Positions 33,320-61,428 of a DNA stretch of 64,000 nucleotides are shown here, in pieces. The DNA is from Ostreococcus lucimarinus (Eukaryota): the NCBI GenBank assembly GCA_000092065.1, contig CP000590.1. One strand, written 5' to 3'. The notes beneath the pieces were generated by a model. It saw nothing but the letters and a program-made list of their open reading frames with translations, was not told the DNA's origin and ran no database searches. A program made the position numbers and the translations under genes. Numbering within the stretch: position 1 is the stretch's first letter; every line of letters starts with the position of its first letter.

Positions 33320-34300
33320 TTGATGGTGAGCGCGCAATTTTTGCACAACGAACTTCCGGTGCGATTAGCGCATCGCGTGGCGGAGTTGGAGAACTTGCCG
33401 TTCGGGTTGAGCGATATGGCGCAGGTGCTCGACGTGCGGGACTGGTACGTGGAGTCGTTTCGAGAGCTTCGTAGCTTTCCTCCGATTGAGAACATGGAGG
33501 ACGAGGAAAAGTTTACGAACATCTTGAAGAGAATCATGTACAGGCACGAAAATGTCGTGCCCATGATCGCGCGAGCGGTTTTGGAGCTGAAGGAACAACT
33601 CGAGGCGCAACGGCCGAAGGAGTCCCAGCGACCGGCGACGGCGAGACGAGGAGGAACGTACGCCACGACGGATTTGAACGAGTTTCCCGAAGTGCACCAA
33701 TTCCTGGATGGGTTTTACATGAGTCGCATCGGAATGCGGATGCTTATCGGTCAGCACGTAGCTTTGCACGACCCCCCTAAAGACGGGTACATTGGGCTGA
33801 TTTGCACGTCCCTGAGCCCACTCGAGGTGGCTCGAGACGCCATTGCAGACGCGAGGGCGATCTGCATGCGCGAATACGGCGACGCACCGGAAGTCGAACT
33901 ATTCGGCGAGGAGGGTTTCACGTTCGCGTACGTTCCAGGTCACTTGCATCAAATGTTATTCGAGCTTGTGAAGAACTCGCTTCGGGCGGTGAGCGACAAG
34001 TACGCGGATAGCGACGTGACGCCGCCGCCCATACGCATCGTCATCGCCGAAGGCGCGGAAGACGTCACGATCAAGGTATCAGACGAAGGTGGTGGGATTC
34101 GTCGAAGCGGTTTGGCGAAAATCTGGACCTACCTGTACAGCACGGCGCGCAGTCCTTTGAAGGACATGGACGCTGACTCAGCGGGTCCCGTCGTCTTGGC
34201 AGGGTACGGATACGGCTTACCGCTTTCAAGGCTCTATGCGAGATACTTCGGAGGCGATCTTCAAGTGCTTTCGATGGAGAACTACGGCACGGATGCGTAT

Positions 34301-34345
<45 letters not shown>
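32918..34345 (+). CDS. Mitochondrial pyruvate dehydrogenase kinase / branched-chain ketoacid dehydrogenase kinase (PDK/BCKDK family)
   Basis: The BCDHK/PDK N-terminal domain and the GHKL ATPase motif [34 protein letters not shown] are present. Confidence 0.8.
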
Positions 34346-34562
34346 TTAGGGCGGCGGCAGCGCGTTTCGCGCGAATATTGAATTGTAACATCACCACTCA
34401 GTTGTTTTTACGCATCGAATTTCTCTTACAATTCGCTTTCTATCTGATGTGGGTCTCTAACAGACACCATGCAGCCGGGGCTCGTTTGCACGAACACACA
34501 CGCTATAAAAAACCGCGTTATGCGTTCCGAGTTCCACTGAGCTGTGCGAGAGTTCGCCGCCC

Positions 34563-48000
<13,438 letters not shown>

Positions 48001-48055
48001 GTGAGTCATTCACGCCGTTAGTGTCACCGAAGGCTCAAGGTAGAGCGCATGAATG

Positions 48056-48100
<45 letters not shown>

Positions 48101-48224
48101 GGGTTTAGTGAAAACTGACGGGGACAACCCCACCGCGTCGCTCGCCCGCGTCACACCGCCTCAACCGCGCCGTCACACCATGCCACTCGCGACGTGGCAT
48201 GTGTGTGATCTCTTTGGGTAGTGC

Positions 48225-48717
48225 GTGATCCCGCGTGTACGTCAAATGGCTGCTATCGTTACGTGGCTCGCATCGAGCGCACTCGCGTCGACTATGACGA
48301 GTGCGGCGAAAGCACTCACGCGGCGATCGTGGAAGCGCGCGGTCCGCTCGATGCTGGATGTGTACTGCGAATCGTATGCCTGGGACGAAGAGAGCGAGCA
48401 AAATGACCTGTCTGTCGTCGTCAAGGACGTCATATTGAAGAAATCAGAGCTGGAGGCGCTGCTCCTCACCTTCGGCTTGCACTTGGGGGAGGGCGGCTGC
48501 ACGTTTGGGAAAATTCGCTTCTGCATCTCTCTCGGTCTGAACATGGACATGGAGCTCTTCACAAAGCCGTGGCGTATTGAAGTGGACCATTTTCGACTGA
48601 ACATAGGCTGTGGTGCACGTGCTGAGTGCGATGTTCGCACAGAGGTGAACTCTCAATTTGATTGCTCGTCGGAAGGGTCTTCAAGACCAACGAAAATGGA
48701 AGAATGGCTTCCCCTTC

Positions 48718-48762
<45 letters not shown>

Positions 48763-49802
48763 TCACTCTTCACTCCATCAACCTTGCCGGGAGTTTGATA
48801 TTCAAGCTTGATACTGTCAAATATACCACAACCAATGAACATTGGTCGCCGATGGCTACCATAACGACTAGCGCTGACTATGCTGGAGGTATCTTACATA
48901 AGTTACTAACGTTTGAGGGCTTCGAAGCATATACAGATCGAGCCGTGTCGCCTTCGGATAGTGCTTCCGTAGACTGCTCTGGGCCTTGGGACCTTCCTTT
49001 TGAGGATGGCACACTTCTTCCTGTGCCTCAACTGACCCGCGTGAAGGTCTTGTTCAACGGATTACAAGGCAACATGAAGATTATTAAGAAGCTCAAAAGT
49101 AGCCTGACGGGACGCGTGGTGACCGATTTCTTTGGGGATGTATACACCTTTCAACTGTGTCTGGTTTCGGGTGGTGTACCAAAAGTGCGTATTCCACACA
49201 TTGCATTGCGCTTGGAATGGTCTGAACACATTGGGACGTACGTTCTCAACATGGAAGAAGCAGTTCAATTCTCGATTAGCCATCAGATCGACGCAGAAAT
49301 CCTAGCAGAAACCAATGCATGGCTAGTCCAAATTTTAGAAGCACATGCGGAGGTTGCGGCGTCCACTGAAACACAGCTTTCTTACGAGCGTGCTCGTCGC
49401 TTTCAGGAGCAAGCTTACGTTGGACGATTACATAAGCGACTCGATGAAGTGAAAGAAACCTTCCGAGAGAAATTCCTCGTTTGGCGCTCTGGGACGAAGA
49501 GTGCGATAGACGAGTTAAATATGGCTTTGTCGGAAGAGCAGCAACGACGTGAAGCGTTGGAAAAGGCCATGAAAGCGCAACAAGAAGTACTATCACAAAT
49601 GTACCAACAGCTGCAAGCACAGCTTGTTGATGCATCCCCGGTTGAACAAGTCAACGCTGTCTCACAAGCTATGCGCGCTATGAGTATGTCACTTGATCCG
49701 AAGTCAAACTCAACGCTGCCTCAGCGGGTGCCCTTTGAGGGAGGCTACCAGTTCGGAGATGTTTCGCGGAAAGCTCTTCGATGGTTCTCAAACATTGTCT
49801 AA
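48225..49802 (+). CDS. Hypothetical protein (about 520 aa) in the low-GC island, with a coiled-coil C-terminal half
   Basis: The first ATG is probably at 48246 (MAAIVTWLASS...). A telo-box TAGGGTTT lies at about 48099-48106 upstream. Confidence 0.4.
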
Positions 49803-49896
49803 ACCGCATCTCATGGGCAAGAGAAAGAGACGCTCTACAAATTCTTAGATTGAGTAACATTATCAAGAACGAATTCAAGAATAGTGAGTGGAGCAG

Positions 49897-49941
<45 letters not shown>

Positions 49942-50172
49942 CTCATACCGGTGCTCGTCAAGTCAAACCAGGAGCTGCACGAACGAATCGTTCATCTAGA
50001 GAGGGCACTCGAAATTCAACAGCAACACGACGCTCAAATCGCCGATTTAGAGGCCGCCGTTGCCTCGAGAGATCAGCAGATCGACGAACTCGTGGAGAGC
50101 TCAGTGACATCGTCTCGAGACTGGAGGCGGTGGAAACTTAAATTGTTACACTTTTCATTCGTCATGTCGCTT

Positions 50173-51154
50173 CTATGTGTCAGCCAAATCACCCATTTCT
50201 ATTTCTTTGTCAAGTGTTTCATCGGCAAACACTTGGTACTTGAACGGCTTTCGTGACCAAAACTTGACGTACAAACAGAGCGATACACCGCCAATGACAC
50301 ACGCCGTGAACAGCAAAATGAACACTGTGGCGACAAACTTCCATGGATTATGAGGAGTATCAGGCGCAAACTTTTCACGGAGCTTTTCGCATTGCACGGT
50401 CGCCATACCCACACGGGAATTCTCGAGGTCATACTCGACAAACGTGTTTCTCAGCGTTTGCTGACCCAGTATGATCTGTTCACCATTTGCTAGTGCAGCA
50501 TCGCTCGCCGACATTATCCCTGCACAAAACGCATGCAAGTTGACAGTGTCTGCAAACAAGTAATTCTCGGGACGTAGGACCAGAGTGACGTCCGGATCGT
50601 ACGTGATTGTAAGACTTGGGAACCATCGCGTGAGTGTGTACTGAGTCAGTGACGATTGCCTTTGGTTCTCGTAAAAGCAATGTGTTCCTCTCACAACCAC
50701 ACTTAGGCCGGCACTGCGCGCCGTTTCATTGAGATGTGTCATGAAATCGTGGTGCATTGCGCTCGGTAACACTGTCAGCGTCGTTCCACTGTCGAGAACT
50801 GTGTACACGTTCGATGAGCTAGCGATCGTTTTGTCACCAAGTTTCCAAGACATCGTGCGAACGGCTAAGTCGTCTTCCCCGAGCATGCGAGTCCACGCAA
50901 GCTCCGGGACGCGCCTTCCAAAGTTGTAACGACCCAGTGTAAGCATCGCGGTCGATGTTTCCATACCTTCGCTACAGAATCCGAATACGTGCGCGTCGAT
51001 GACACCCGCCTTTGCCAACTGTGTGTGAAATGCAGTGTTGCCCCGACTGAACCCAGCCATACCATCTTGGCGGAGATTGCTCCCATCGGGGTAATACATG
51101 CCACCGCAGCCGAAAGTGATCTTCGCAGGAGCCAACTCATCACCCAGTGTAAAC

Positions 51155-51199
<45 letters not shown>

Positions 51200-51669
51200 C
51201 CGATTCCAAACAAACATGTGTTTGTGTACGATATGTTTGTATCACACAGAAGGACATTCGGTTGCGCATTGCAGTACGCCGCATCCTCAGTGCTTGTTGT
51301 ACAGTTGAGTTTTCGAAATGTCTTAGACATGTCGTAATCGTAGTATGGATGTTCGTGAATCCCACACACTTCAAGTGGACATCCCTTACACGGGAAGTAA
51401 GTCAGCGGACTCCCGGTGTCCACTTCAAGGTCAAACTTTTGCTTGCCCGCAAGCTCCACCGTCAAGAAGAACTCGTGGCCCGATGAGTACAAACCTATGA
51501 GGTCCGCACCGTACGAGTGGAGCGGGATCGCGTCCGCTTTGGACAACAGACGCCGCCCCGCCCCCGCGGTAGCCCTTGGTTTTCTCTTAACGGCGATCGC
51601 GAACGAACCTTTTCCGGACGCGTGCGCGCCCAAAGCGACGAGTGCTACGTACACGACGAGAACAATCAT
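50173..51669 (-). CDS. Pepsin-like (A1 family) aspartic protease with a signal peptide and a C-terminal transmembrane anchor
   Basis: Catalytic motifs DTGS (LEVDTGSPLTYF) and DSGTT (VLDSGTTLTVLPS) are present. Signal peptide MIVLVVYVALVALGAHASG is at the ATG near 51667-51669, and a C-terminal hydrophobic helix is followed by a basic stop-transfer. Confidence 0.75.
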
Positions 51670-51878
51670 CGTCTCCCTCCACGCGCGCTGTGTTTGCCGC
51701 TCATTGTTGGGTGCACGGTCGTGCACACGCGCCGAACGGCGGGGACGCATGCGTCGCGGACTGCCGCCGTCTCCGCCGGAAAAACGGAGATTGCCAAACC
51801 CTGCAGAAATCTATAACGGGTCCAAGCCTGCTTGAGAATAATAACCATGATGGCATAGCCGAATACATTTTTACATCT

Positions 51879-54193
<2,315 letters not shown>

Positions 54194-54197
<4 letters not shown>

Positions 54198-55393
54198 GCG
54201 TCGCGATCGAGCTGAGATACGGCGTCGAGCGGTGCGGGGGGACGTTTCCGAGCGACGGCGACGTGGGCGCGCTGGTGGAGCGCGCGCGAGGCGCGTTCGA
54301 GGGCCTGCGAGGGGTCGCCGCGGGGCGGTTGACGCTGCTCGCGAGAGGCGGCGCGAGGATTCGAGGCGACGATCGAGGGTTTGATTTGCGCGGTCGAGTG
54401 CTCGCGAAACACGAAAGGACGGGGAAGGTTTTGAAAATTATGGTGGTGGCGAGCGGCGCGGAGGGCGCGGGGGCGGGAGGGACGTCTCGAGGCGCGGAGG
54501 CGTTGCGGGCGACGCGGTTGAAGAAGGAAGCCGACGCGAAGGCGAAGGCGGACGCGGACGCGGACGCGGACGCGGCGCGCTCGCGCGACGGTGCGTCCGA
54601 CGAGACGAACGAACGTTTCGCCGCGTGGGCGGCGACGGGGATCGTCGGCATGCGCGGATGCGCGCGGAGGGAGGTGGCGTCTCGCGCGTTCGATTTAGGA
54701 GGCAAAGTGCGCGTGCTCGATTACGGCGCGAATCGCCTCGAAACGGTTTCGCCTCGGATCAGCGAGTTGAGCAACGTCGCGCGCATCGTTTTGCGAGATA
54801 ACGCGTTGAGATCGATGCCGTGGTCCGCCATCGCCTCTTTGACGCGCTTGACGCATTTGGATTTGAGCGGAAACGCGGCGTTGGGGAACGACGTCGCGAC
54901 CGCGACGCCGACGTGCGCGTCGCTCGAGACGCTCTCGCTCGCTCGGTGCGACATCGCGGGAGAAGTTTGCGATGATTTCTTCCGGGGACTTCCCAGGCTC
55001 AAGCACGTGTCGCTCGTCGCCAACAGACTCGAGCGTTTACCCGCGTTCGAGACGAACGGACTGCTCGAAGTCGTCGACGCAAGTCGCAACGCCGTCGTGT
55101 CGATTCCAGCCTCGTACGGCGCGCTCGCGTGTTTGCGCTCGCTGAATCTCGTGGGCAACCGCATTGAACTCGAAGGCATTCCCGTGGAGCTGTTGAAGCA
55201 CGCGAAAGCGCTCGTCGAGTTGAACTTACGCGAGAACCCGATTCTCGTAGAGGCGTTGCGCGAACGCGACGGGTGGAGCGAATTCGAGGGGAGAAGGAAA
55301 CGCCGAGCGGATAAGGCGCTCGATTCTCGCGTCATGCTCGGTGACAACGTCTTCGACGAGGGTGCGGATAACGATAGATTCGTGCGACACTGA
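54194..55393 (+). CDS. Ubiquitin-like domain + leucine-rich-repeat protein
   Basis: ATG at 54194 (MSVAIELRYG...). An N-terminal UBL-like fold is followed by at least 8 LRRs (LxxLxLxxN patterns). Confidence 0.55.
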
Positions 55394-55495
55394 TTAGCTG
55401 TAGTAGACGCCGCGCGATGAAACGGTAATAATGTGTGTTACAAAAGAAGATGTGCTGCGTGGGAGTAAACGACGAGTCGCGCGACACTACACTGA

Positions 55496-56699
55496 TTAGC
55501 GAGCTTCGGCGATGACGTCTTCGTCGTCGTCGAAGAACTCTTCGTCGTCATCCTCAGCCTCGGTCGCCTTGGGCGCGATGGTACCGTTCAAGAGGCCCAT
55601 TTTTTCGGCGAGACGCGCGCGCACGTCCGTCTCAATCGTCGCTTTCATCTCGGGGTTCTCGTCCAAGAACGACAGCGTCTTTTCGCGACCTTGACCGAGT
55701 TTTTCGCCGTTGAAGTAGTAGTAGGCGCCCTTGCGTTCGATCGTGCCGACTTGTTCGCCCGCGTCGAGCATGCAGCCATCGCGAGAGACACCGCGACCGA
55801 ACAGCATGTCGAATTCGGCAATCTTGTACGGCGGAGCCACCTTGTTCTTCGCCACCTTGACCTTGCATCGAACGCCGGTGTCGTCTTCGCCAGCCTTACC
55901 CTTGATCACTTCCTTGCGGCGAATGTCGAGGCGGACGCTCGAGTAGTACTTGAGCGCGTTACCGCCCGTGGTGACCTCGGGCGAGCCGTAAATGACGCCG
56001 ACTTTGGAGCGCAACTGGTTCAAAAAGATGATCGTCGTCCCCGCCTTGGCGGCGTTGACGTTAATCTTACGCAGCGCCTGGGACATCAAACGCGCGTGCG
56101 CGCCGACTTGCACCATACCGATCTCACCTTCGATCTCGCTTCGCGGCACCAGCGCGGCGACCGAGTCGACGCAAATCAAATCAACCGCCGACGATCGCAC
56201 GAGCGTATCCACGACCTCGAGCGCCATCTCACCCGTTTCCGGCTGGCACACGATCACATCGTCGACGTTCAACCCGAGTCTTTGGCTGTATTCCGGATCA
56301 AACGCGTGTTCCGCGTCGATCATCGCGACCGTACCGCCGAGTTTTTGCATCTCCGCCATCGCGTGCAGCGCCAGCGTCGTCTTCCCCGACGATTCCGGGC
56401 CGTATATCTCAACGATTCTCCCGCGCGGCAATCCACCGCCGAGCGCGATGTCCAGCGTCATCGCTCCGCTCGGAAACGTCGCCACTTTCGCCTTTCCCGC
56501 CTCGCCCAGGCGCATGATCGCCCCGGCGCCAAAGTTACTGTCGATCTCATCGAGCACGCGCGCGAGCGCCTTCTTTTTCGCCTCCGCGCTCCCGTCGCCC
56601 TTCATCGCTTTCGCGTCTTCGCTTCGCGTGCTTCCGCTTCGCGCCGCTCGCGCTCGCACCGCGTGGCGCTGCGTGGAGATCGCGCGTCGTCGTTCGTCG

Positions 56700-56730
<31 letters not shown>

Positions 56731-56767
56731 CGAGCGTCGCCGGCGTCGTTCGCATCGCGCCGCGCAT
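55496..56767 (-). CDS. recA: RecA recombinase (bacterial type, organelle-targeted) with a Thr-rich presequence
   Basis: Walker [10 protein letters not shown] and the RecA core ([20 protein letters not shown]...IDAEHAFD) are present. The start is taken at ATG 56765-56767 (MRGAMRTTP...). Confidence 0.8.
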
Positions 56768-56991
56768 CGTGAGTGCTTCGTGTGTCGGTGCGCGCGCGAG
56801 ACGGACGAGCGTTCGCCGGAGCATGCACTCAAGGCGTCGCGTGATGGCGCGATCGAGCGATGATTGATTCAAATCAAACAAGGAAAAAGGCGCGAAAACG
56901 ATCTATTCCGCGGGCGGCTGGGTCGGTCGCGGCGCGAACGGACGTCGTTACATCGAAGAGCGAGCGAACGGAAGGAGCGCGCGAACGCGAT

Positions 56992-58236
56992 CTATTCCGC
57001 GGGCTTGTAGTACGTCGTGTTGACGAAAGGCATCTTGGTCGTCACGGCGGGCGTGCGCTTGCCGCGCGTCTCGACCAAGAGCTCGGTGCCGGCTTTGGCG
57101 AAGGCTTTGGCGACGTAGCCCATGGCGATGTTCTTTTGCAACACCGGAGAGAAGCCGCCGGAGGTGACTTCGCCGATTTGGTTGCCGTCCGTGTCGAGGA
57201 TCAGAGAGTGCTGTCTCGCGGGGGCACCCTTGCCGGTGAAGGTCAAACCGACGCGACGCTGGGGAATCGCCTTCGGGTCTTCGAGCTGCTTTTTGATGAT
57301 TTCGCCGCCGGTGAAGTCGCAGAGCTCGCGGCGAGCCTTGCCGATGGTCCACGCCAAACCAGCCTCGGGCGGAGTGATGTCTTCGTTCAAATCGTTACCG
57401 TACAGGCACAATCCGGCTTCGAGGCGCAAAGAATCGCGCGGGCCGAGGGCAGCCATGCGCACTTCCTTCTCAGACTCCAAGCGCTCGGCGAGCTTCATCG
57501 CGTCGGCGTTCGGGACGGAGATCTCGAACCCGTCCTCGCCCGTGTAACCGGTGCGCGTGACCCAGCAATCGGCGCCGTTGATCTTCATCGACGTAAACAT
57601 CCCGAAATACAGCTTGCTCAGGTCGAAATCGGTCAGGCGTTGAAGCACGGACATGGTCTTCGGTCCTTGGAACGCCAACAGCGAGCGATCCGAGTGCACG
57701 ACGAATTCGACGTCCATCCCCTTCGCCTTGGCCTTCGCCAGCGCCGCGTTGATGTGCGCTTGATCCTTCTCCGCGCAACCAGCGTTCAAGACGACGTAAA
57801 AATCATTAGAATTAACCTTCGTGATGACGGTATCGTCGATGATACCACCCTTTTCGTTCGTCATCACGCTCAGCGTCCCCGTGCCGTCCTTGAGCCCCTT
57901 CAAATCCGCCACGACGAGCGACTCCAAAAACGCCGTCGCGTCCTTCCCCCTGACGCTGCTCCCGAGCATGTGACTCACGTCGAACAACGACGCTTCGCTC
58001 CGGCAGTGCTGCGTCGCCTCCATGATGGAATCTTCGTACTGTATCGGCAGCGCGTACCCCGCGAAGTCGACGAGCTTCCCGCCGCGCCTCGCGTGCAAGT
58101 CGTACAGCGGCGTCCGCTTCAGGCTCGCGATGTCCGCGTACGCGCGCGCCGGCGCCGCCGTCGCGCGCGGCGCCGCGTGCGGTCGCGTCGCCGCGCGCGT
58201 CGCGCGCTTCGCGCATCGTCGCAGCGCCGCGCGCAT
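56992..58236 (-). CDS. Aminomethyltransferase (glycine cleavage system T protein), mitochondrial
   Basis: GcvT family motifs are present (KRTPLYDLH...FAGYALPIQY) together with an N-terminal presequence. Confidence 0.85.
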   Translation of the reverse strand: MRAALRRCAKRATRAATRPHAAPRATAAPARAYADIASLKRTPLYDLHARRGGKLVDFAGYALPIQYEDSIMEATQHCRSEASLFDVSHMLGSSVRGKDATAFLESLVVADLKGLKDGTGTLSVMTNEKGGIIDDTVITKVNSNDFYVVLNAGCAEKDQAHINAALAKAKAKGMDVEFVVHSDRSLLAFQGPKTMSVLQRLTDFDLSKLYFGMFTSMKINGADCWVTRTGYTGEDGFEISVPNADAMKLAERLESEKEVRMAALGPRDSLRLEAGLCLYGNDLNEDITPPEAGLAWTIGKARRELCDFTGGEIIKKQLEDPKAIPQRRVGLTFTGKGAPARQHSLILDTDGNQIGEVTSGGFSPVLQKNIAMGYVAKAFAKAGTELLVETRGKRTPAVTTKMPFVNTTYYKPAE

Positions 58237-58571
58237 CGCGACGACGCGGTGACGCTTCCAAAAGTGTCCCGAAAAGTGTCCCGGTCGACGACGATTCGCG
58301 ACGACGACGACGACGCGAAGGCGCGACGCGCGACGAAAGGGCGCGTGTGCGCGCGACGAACGACGACGGACGCGTCGACGTGCGCGCGAGGGCGTGTGCG
58401 GCGCGACGCGGCCGAACGATCGAACGATGACGCGCGATGGCGATGATCGACGTCGACGACGAGGCCCCCTGTTGGGCTGCGGATGACGCGGCGCCGGGGC
58501 GCGGGGATCGCGAGGCGCGCGCGGCGAAGCGAATGATGACGCGCGCGCGATCGCGATGACGATGGATCACA

Positions 58572-60018
58572 TCACGCGAATTCGTCGAGCGCGGCGCGGA
58601 CGCGGGCGTGGAGACGGCCGGCGGTGGGACGCGCGGAAGGCGTCGGGGACATGGCGTCGAGGACGAACGCGTGGACGCGCGCGGGGACGTCGACGCGCGG
58701 GACGACGCCGCGGCGAAGCGACTGGTACTCGGCGCCGTGCGAGGGGAGGGAGGCGCCCAAGGCGAGCTCGTAGATGGATGCGCCCAATGAAAATATGTCG
58801 GCGCGGTCGAGGGCGGAAAAGTCGTCGTTCAAAACCTCGGAGGAGAGGTATCGAGCGTCGCCCTCGTCGACGGCGGCGTCGCGGCGGTCGCCGTTGAGGA
58901 GCGCGACGCGGCCCCAGTCGCCGAGCTTGTATCCTTGGTTGTGAATGAAGATGTTATCGGGCTTGATGTCCATGTGCGCCAAACCTCGGGCGTGCGCGTA
59001 GGATAAGGCGGCGGAGACGTCGAGGAGGCATCGCATCAACGCAGCCTCGCTCGCGCGTTCGCCGCTCTGCGAATCCACCATCTTGGACGCGCTCCCGTCG
59101 CACAGTTCCATTTGAATGTACAGATGGTCGTTCTCCCACCACGCGCTTTGGTAGCGCACGATCTCCGCGCACTGCGTCAAACTCGCCAAAACTTGCACCT
59201 CGCGCAGCGCCTCCGCTCTCTCGCGCTCGGTCTGGAGCTTTTTATCCGTGCGCTTGAGCGCGTACCGACACCCGTCCAAGCGCCCGATGACTTTGTGCAC
59301 TTTGGAAAATCCGCCGCGCGCGATGCACCCTAGGTCGACGAAATCCGCGCGAAACCTCGACATGGTGGCCAACTGCGCCGCGCTCGTACAATTCGCCCTC
59401 CGCGCGTGCGCGCTCGTCTCCGGAGGCTGCTCATCATCCGGCAAGAAGGCGTTTCTCGCGCACGGCGGCGACGTCGCCGCGCGCGGCAACCCCGACCTCG
59501 ACCCCACCCCTCGCGTCGGTTCCCGATTCCTCGGCACGCGGAACCCGCCCCCGAACTCCCCTTGCGACTGCGACGGCTGCGTCGCGTCCAGCGGCTGACT
59601 CGCAAACTCCTGCGTCCCCTGCGACGCGCCTAAATCCAACCCGAACCGCGGCCGTTTATTCCTCGCCGGCGACAGCGCGCACGGCGACCGCGCGCCTCGA
59701 AAGTTTTCCTTATCCTCGTACCCCCCGTACGCGTCGAACTGCGCGTCCGCGGGCGTTATAAAATCCGGTCCTCCGAATTCCTGACTCTCTCCGTTCCCCT
59801 GCGACCGCGCCGTCCCTCGCGTCGCGCCTCGTCGTTCGTCCCGCTGCGATTGACTGCACCCCGCGAAATCAAACGATTTATTCGTCCCATCCTCGTCCGC
59901 GCTCGCGCTCGCGCGCGTCCCGCCCGACCGCGCGTCTCGCGCGTCGTCGTCGTCCCGCGCGCGTCTCTCCCCGTCCATCGCGTCGTCGTCGTCGTCCATC
60001 GCGTCGTCGTCGCGTCGT

Positions 60019-60049
<31 letters not shown>

Positions 60050-60254
60050 TCGCGCGCGCGTTCGGCGTCGCGACGTTCAGCGTGCGCAGCGCTCTGGACA
60101 GCCCGCTGGACGGCGTGCACAGAACGCTTCGCGATTTCAGTCGGAGCATGACGACCGCGTCGGACGTCGCGCGCGCGTCGCGGTGTCGCGCGCCGCGGCG
60201 AACGGGGCGGTCGTTTGAATTCGATGCCGAATGTCGTGGTATCGTACGTCTCAC
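58572..60254 (-). CDS. Wee1-like protein kinase
   Basis: Kinase subdomains include HMDIKPDNIFI, LGDWG and Wee1-like GDARYLSSEVL. A long acidic/Ser-rich N-terminus is present; the true ATG may be downstream of 60254. Confidence 0.7.
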
Positions 60255-60300
60255 TGTTTACGCATACACGCGGTCGGTCGGACGCGGTCGGTCGGACGCG
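60249..60300. promoter_or_regulatory. Motif tctcactgtttacgcatacacg followed by 2x cggtcggtcggacg, related to the 43-nt tandem-repeat unit at 186-400; it sits in the Wee1/MAPR divergent promoter region
   Basis: The TCTGACTGTTTGCGCATACGACACG-like core is in the same orientation, with the ccgaccgacc module inverted. Confidence 0.4.
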
Positions 60301-60353
60301 CGGCGCCAGACGCGCGACGCCAGACGGCGCCGGCGGCCGCGACGGCGCGCGCG

Positions 60354-61175
60354 ATGGCGCGAGACGACGCGCGCGCGCGACTCGCGCGCGTCGCGCTCGC
60401 CGTCGTCGTCGCGGTCGTCGCGGTCGTCGCGCGTCGGCGCGACGCGAACGCGAACGCGAACGCGAACGCGCGCGTCGCGATGGTCGCGCCCGACGCGCTC
60501 GCGCGCAGGGTCGATCGCGCGCGGCGAAGCGACGCGTCGACGTGGACGCGCGCGCGCGCGGCGCTGCGACGACGGCCGCGCGTGTGGCTGGCGGTGCTGG
60601 GCGAGTGCTTCGACGTGTCGGCGGGGCGACGGTTTTACGCGGGCGACGGCGACTACGCGACGTGCTTCGCGGGACGCGACGCGAGCCGCGCGTTCGCGAC
60701 GGGAGACTTCAGCGAGAGTGGGTGCGTGAGCGACGTCTCGGGGCTGACGGACGGGGAGTTGGCGGCGATCCGAGGGTGGAGGGATTTCATGCGCGACAAG
60801 TATCGCGCCGCGGGCGTCTTGGCGAACGGCGAGTTTTACGACGCCGAGACGGGGGCGGCGACGGCGTTGACGCTCGAGATTCGAGCGCGGTTGGAGCGGT
60901 ACGACGCGGGTGCGGCGGCGCGCGAACAGCGCGCGCGCATGTTCCCGGATTGCGATTCCACGTCGGACGGCGACTTCGTCGACGTGCGCTGCCGCGAGGA
61001 CGACTCGGGACCGCGATACCCGCGCAACGAAACCACGACGGACGCCGAAGGGCGCGCGAGCAGTCGATGCGCGTGCTACGGCGATTTGGGTGTCTCCGAC
61101 GCGCGCCGCGCGTATCCCGGTTGCGACTTGACGTCGACGCGATGTCGCGCGCCGCTCGGCGCCGGCGTCGGTTGA
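60354..61175 (+). CDS. Cytochrome b5-like heme/steroid-binding domain protein (MAPR / neuferricin-like) with a signal anchor
   Basis: ATG at 60354. Motif LAVLGECFDVSAGRRFYAGDGDYATCFAGRDASRAFATGDF matches the MAPR family. Confidence 0.55.
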   Translation: MARDDARARLARVALAVVVAVVAVVARRRDANANANANARVAMVAPDALARRVDRARRSDASTWTRARAALRRRPRVWLAVLGECFDVSAGRRFYAGDGDYATCFAGRDASRAFATGDFSESGCVSDVSGLTDGELAAIRGWRDFMRDKYRAAGVLANGEFYDAETGAATALTLEIRARLERYDAGAAAREQRARMFPDCDSTSDGDFVDVRCREDDSGPRYPRNETTTDAEGRASSRCACYGDLGVSDARRAYPGCDLTSTRCRAPLGAGVG

Positions 61176-61428
61176 CGCCGAACGCGCGTCGGCGCGAGTC
61201 GCGGCGTCACACCGTCGCGCGCACCGGCGCTCGCGCGCCGATCGCGCGTCGTTTCGGTGTATGCTCATCCCCGCGCGCGTTTCAGCGCGCGCGTCGTCCT
61301 CTGCGTCCGCGCGCGGTCGCGCGTCGTCGGTCGCGGTCGCGGTCGCGTCCCGGTCGCGCGCCGCGCTCTCGCGCGCGCGCCCGCCCGCGCGCGTTCTCGC
61401 GCTCGCGCGCGCGCGCGGCGTCGCGCGG

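Noticed and set aside
49888-50256. 122-aa ORF (coiled coil plus C-terminal hydrophobic tail) in the convergent 3' region between island genes.
   Set aside because: It overlaps the 3' end of the aspartic protease gene and has no recognisable homology. Kept only as a low-confidence mention inside the low-GC island finding.
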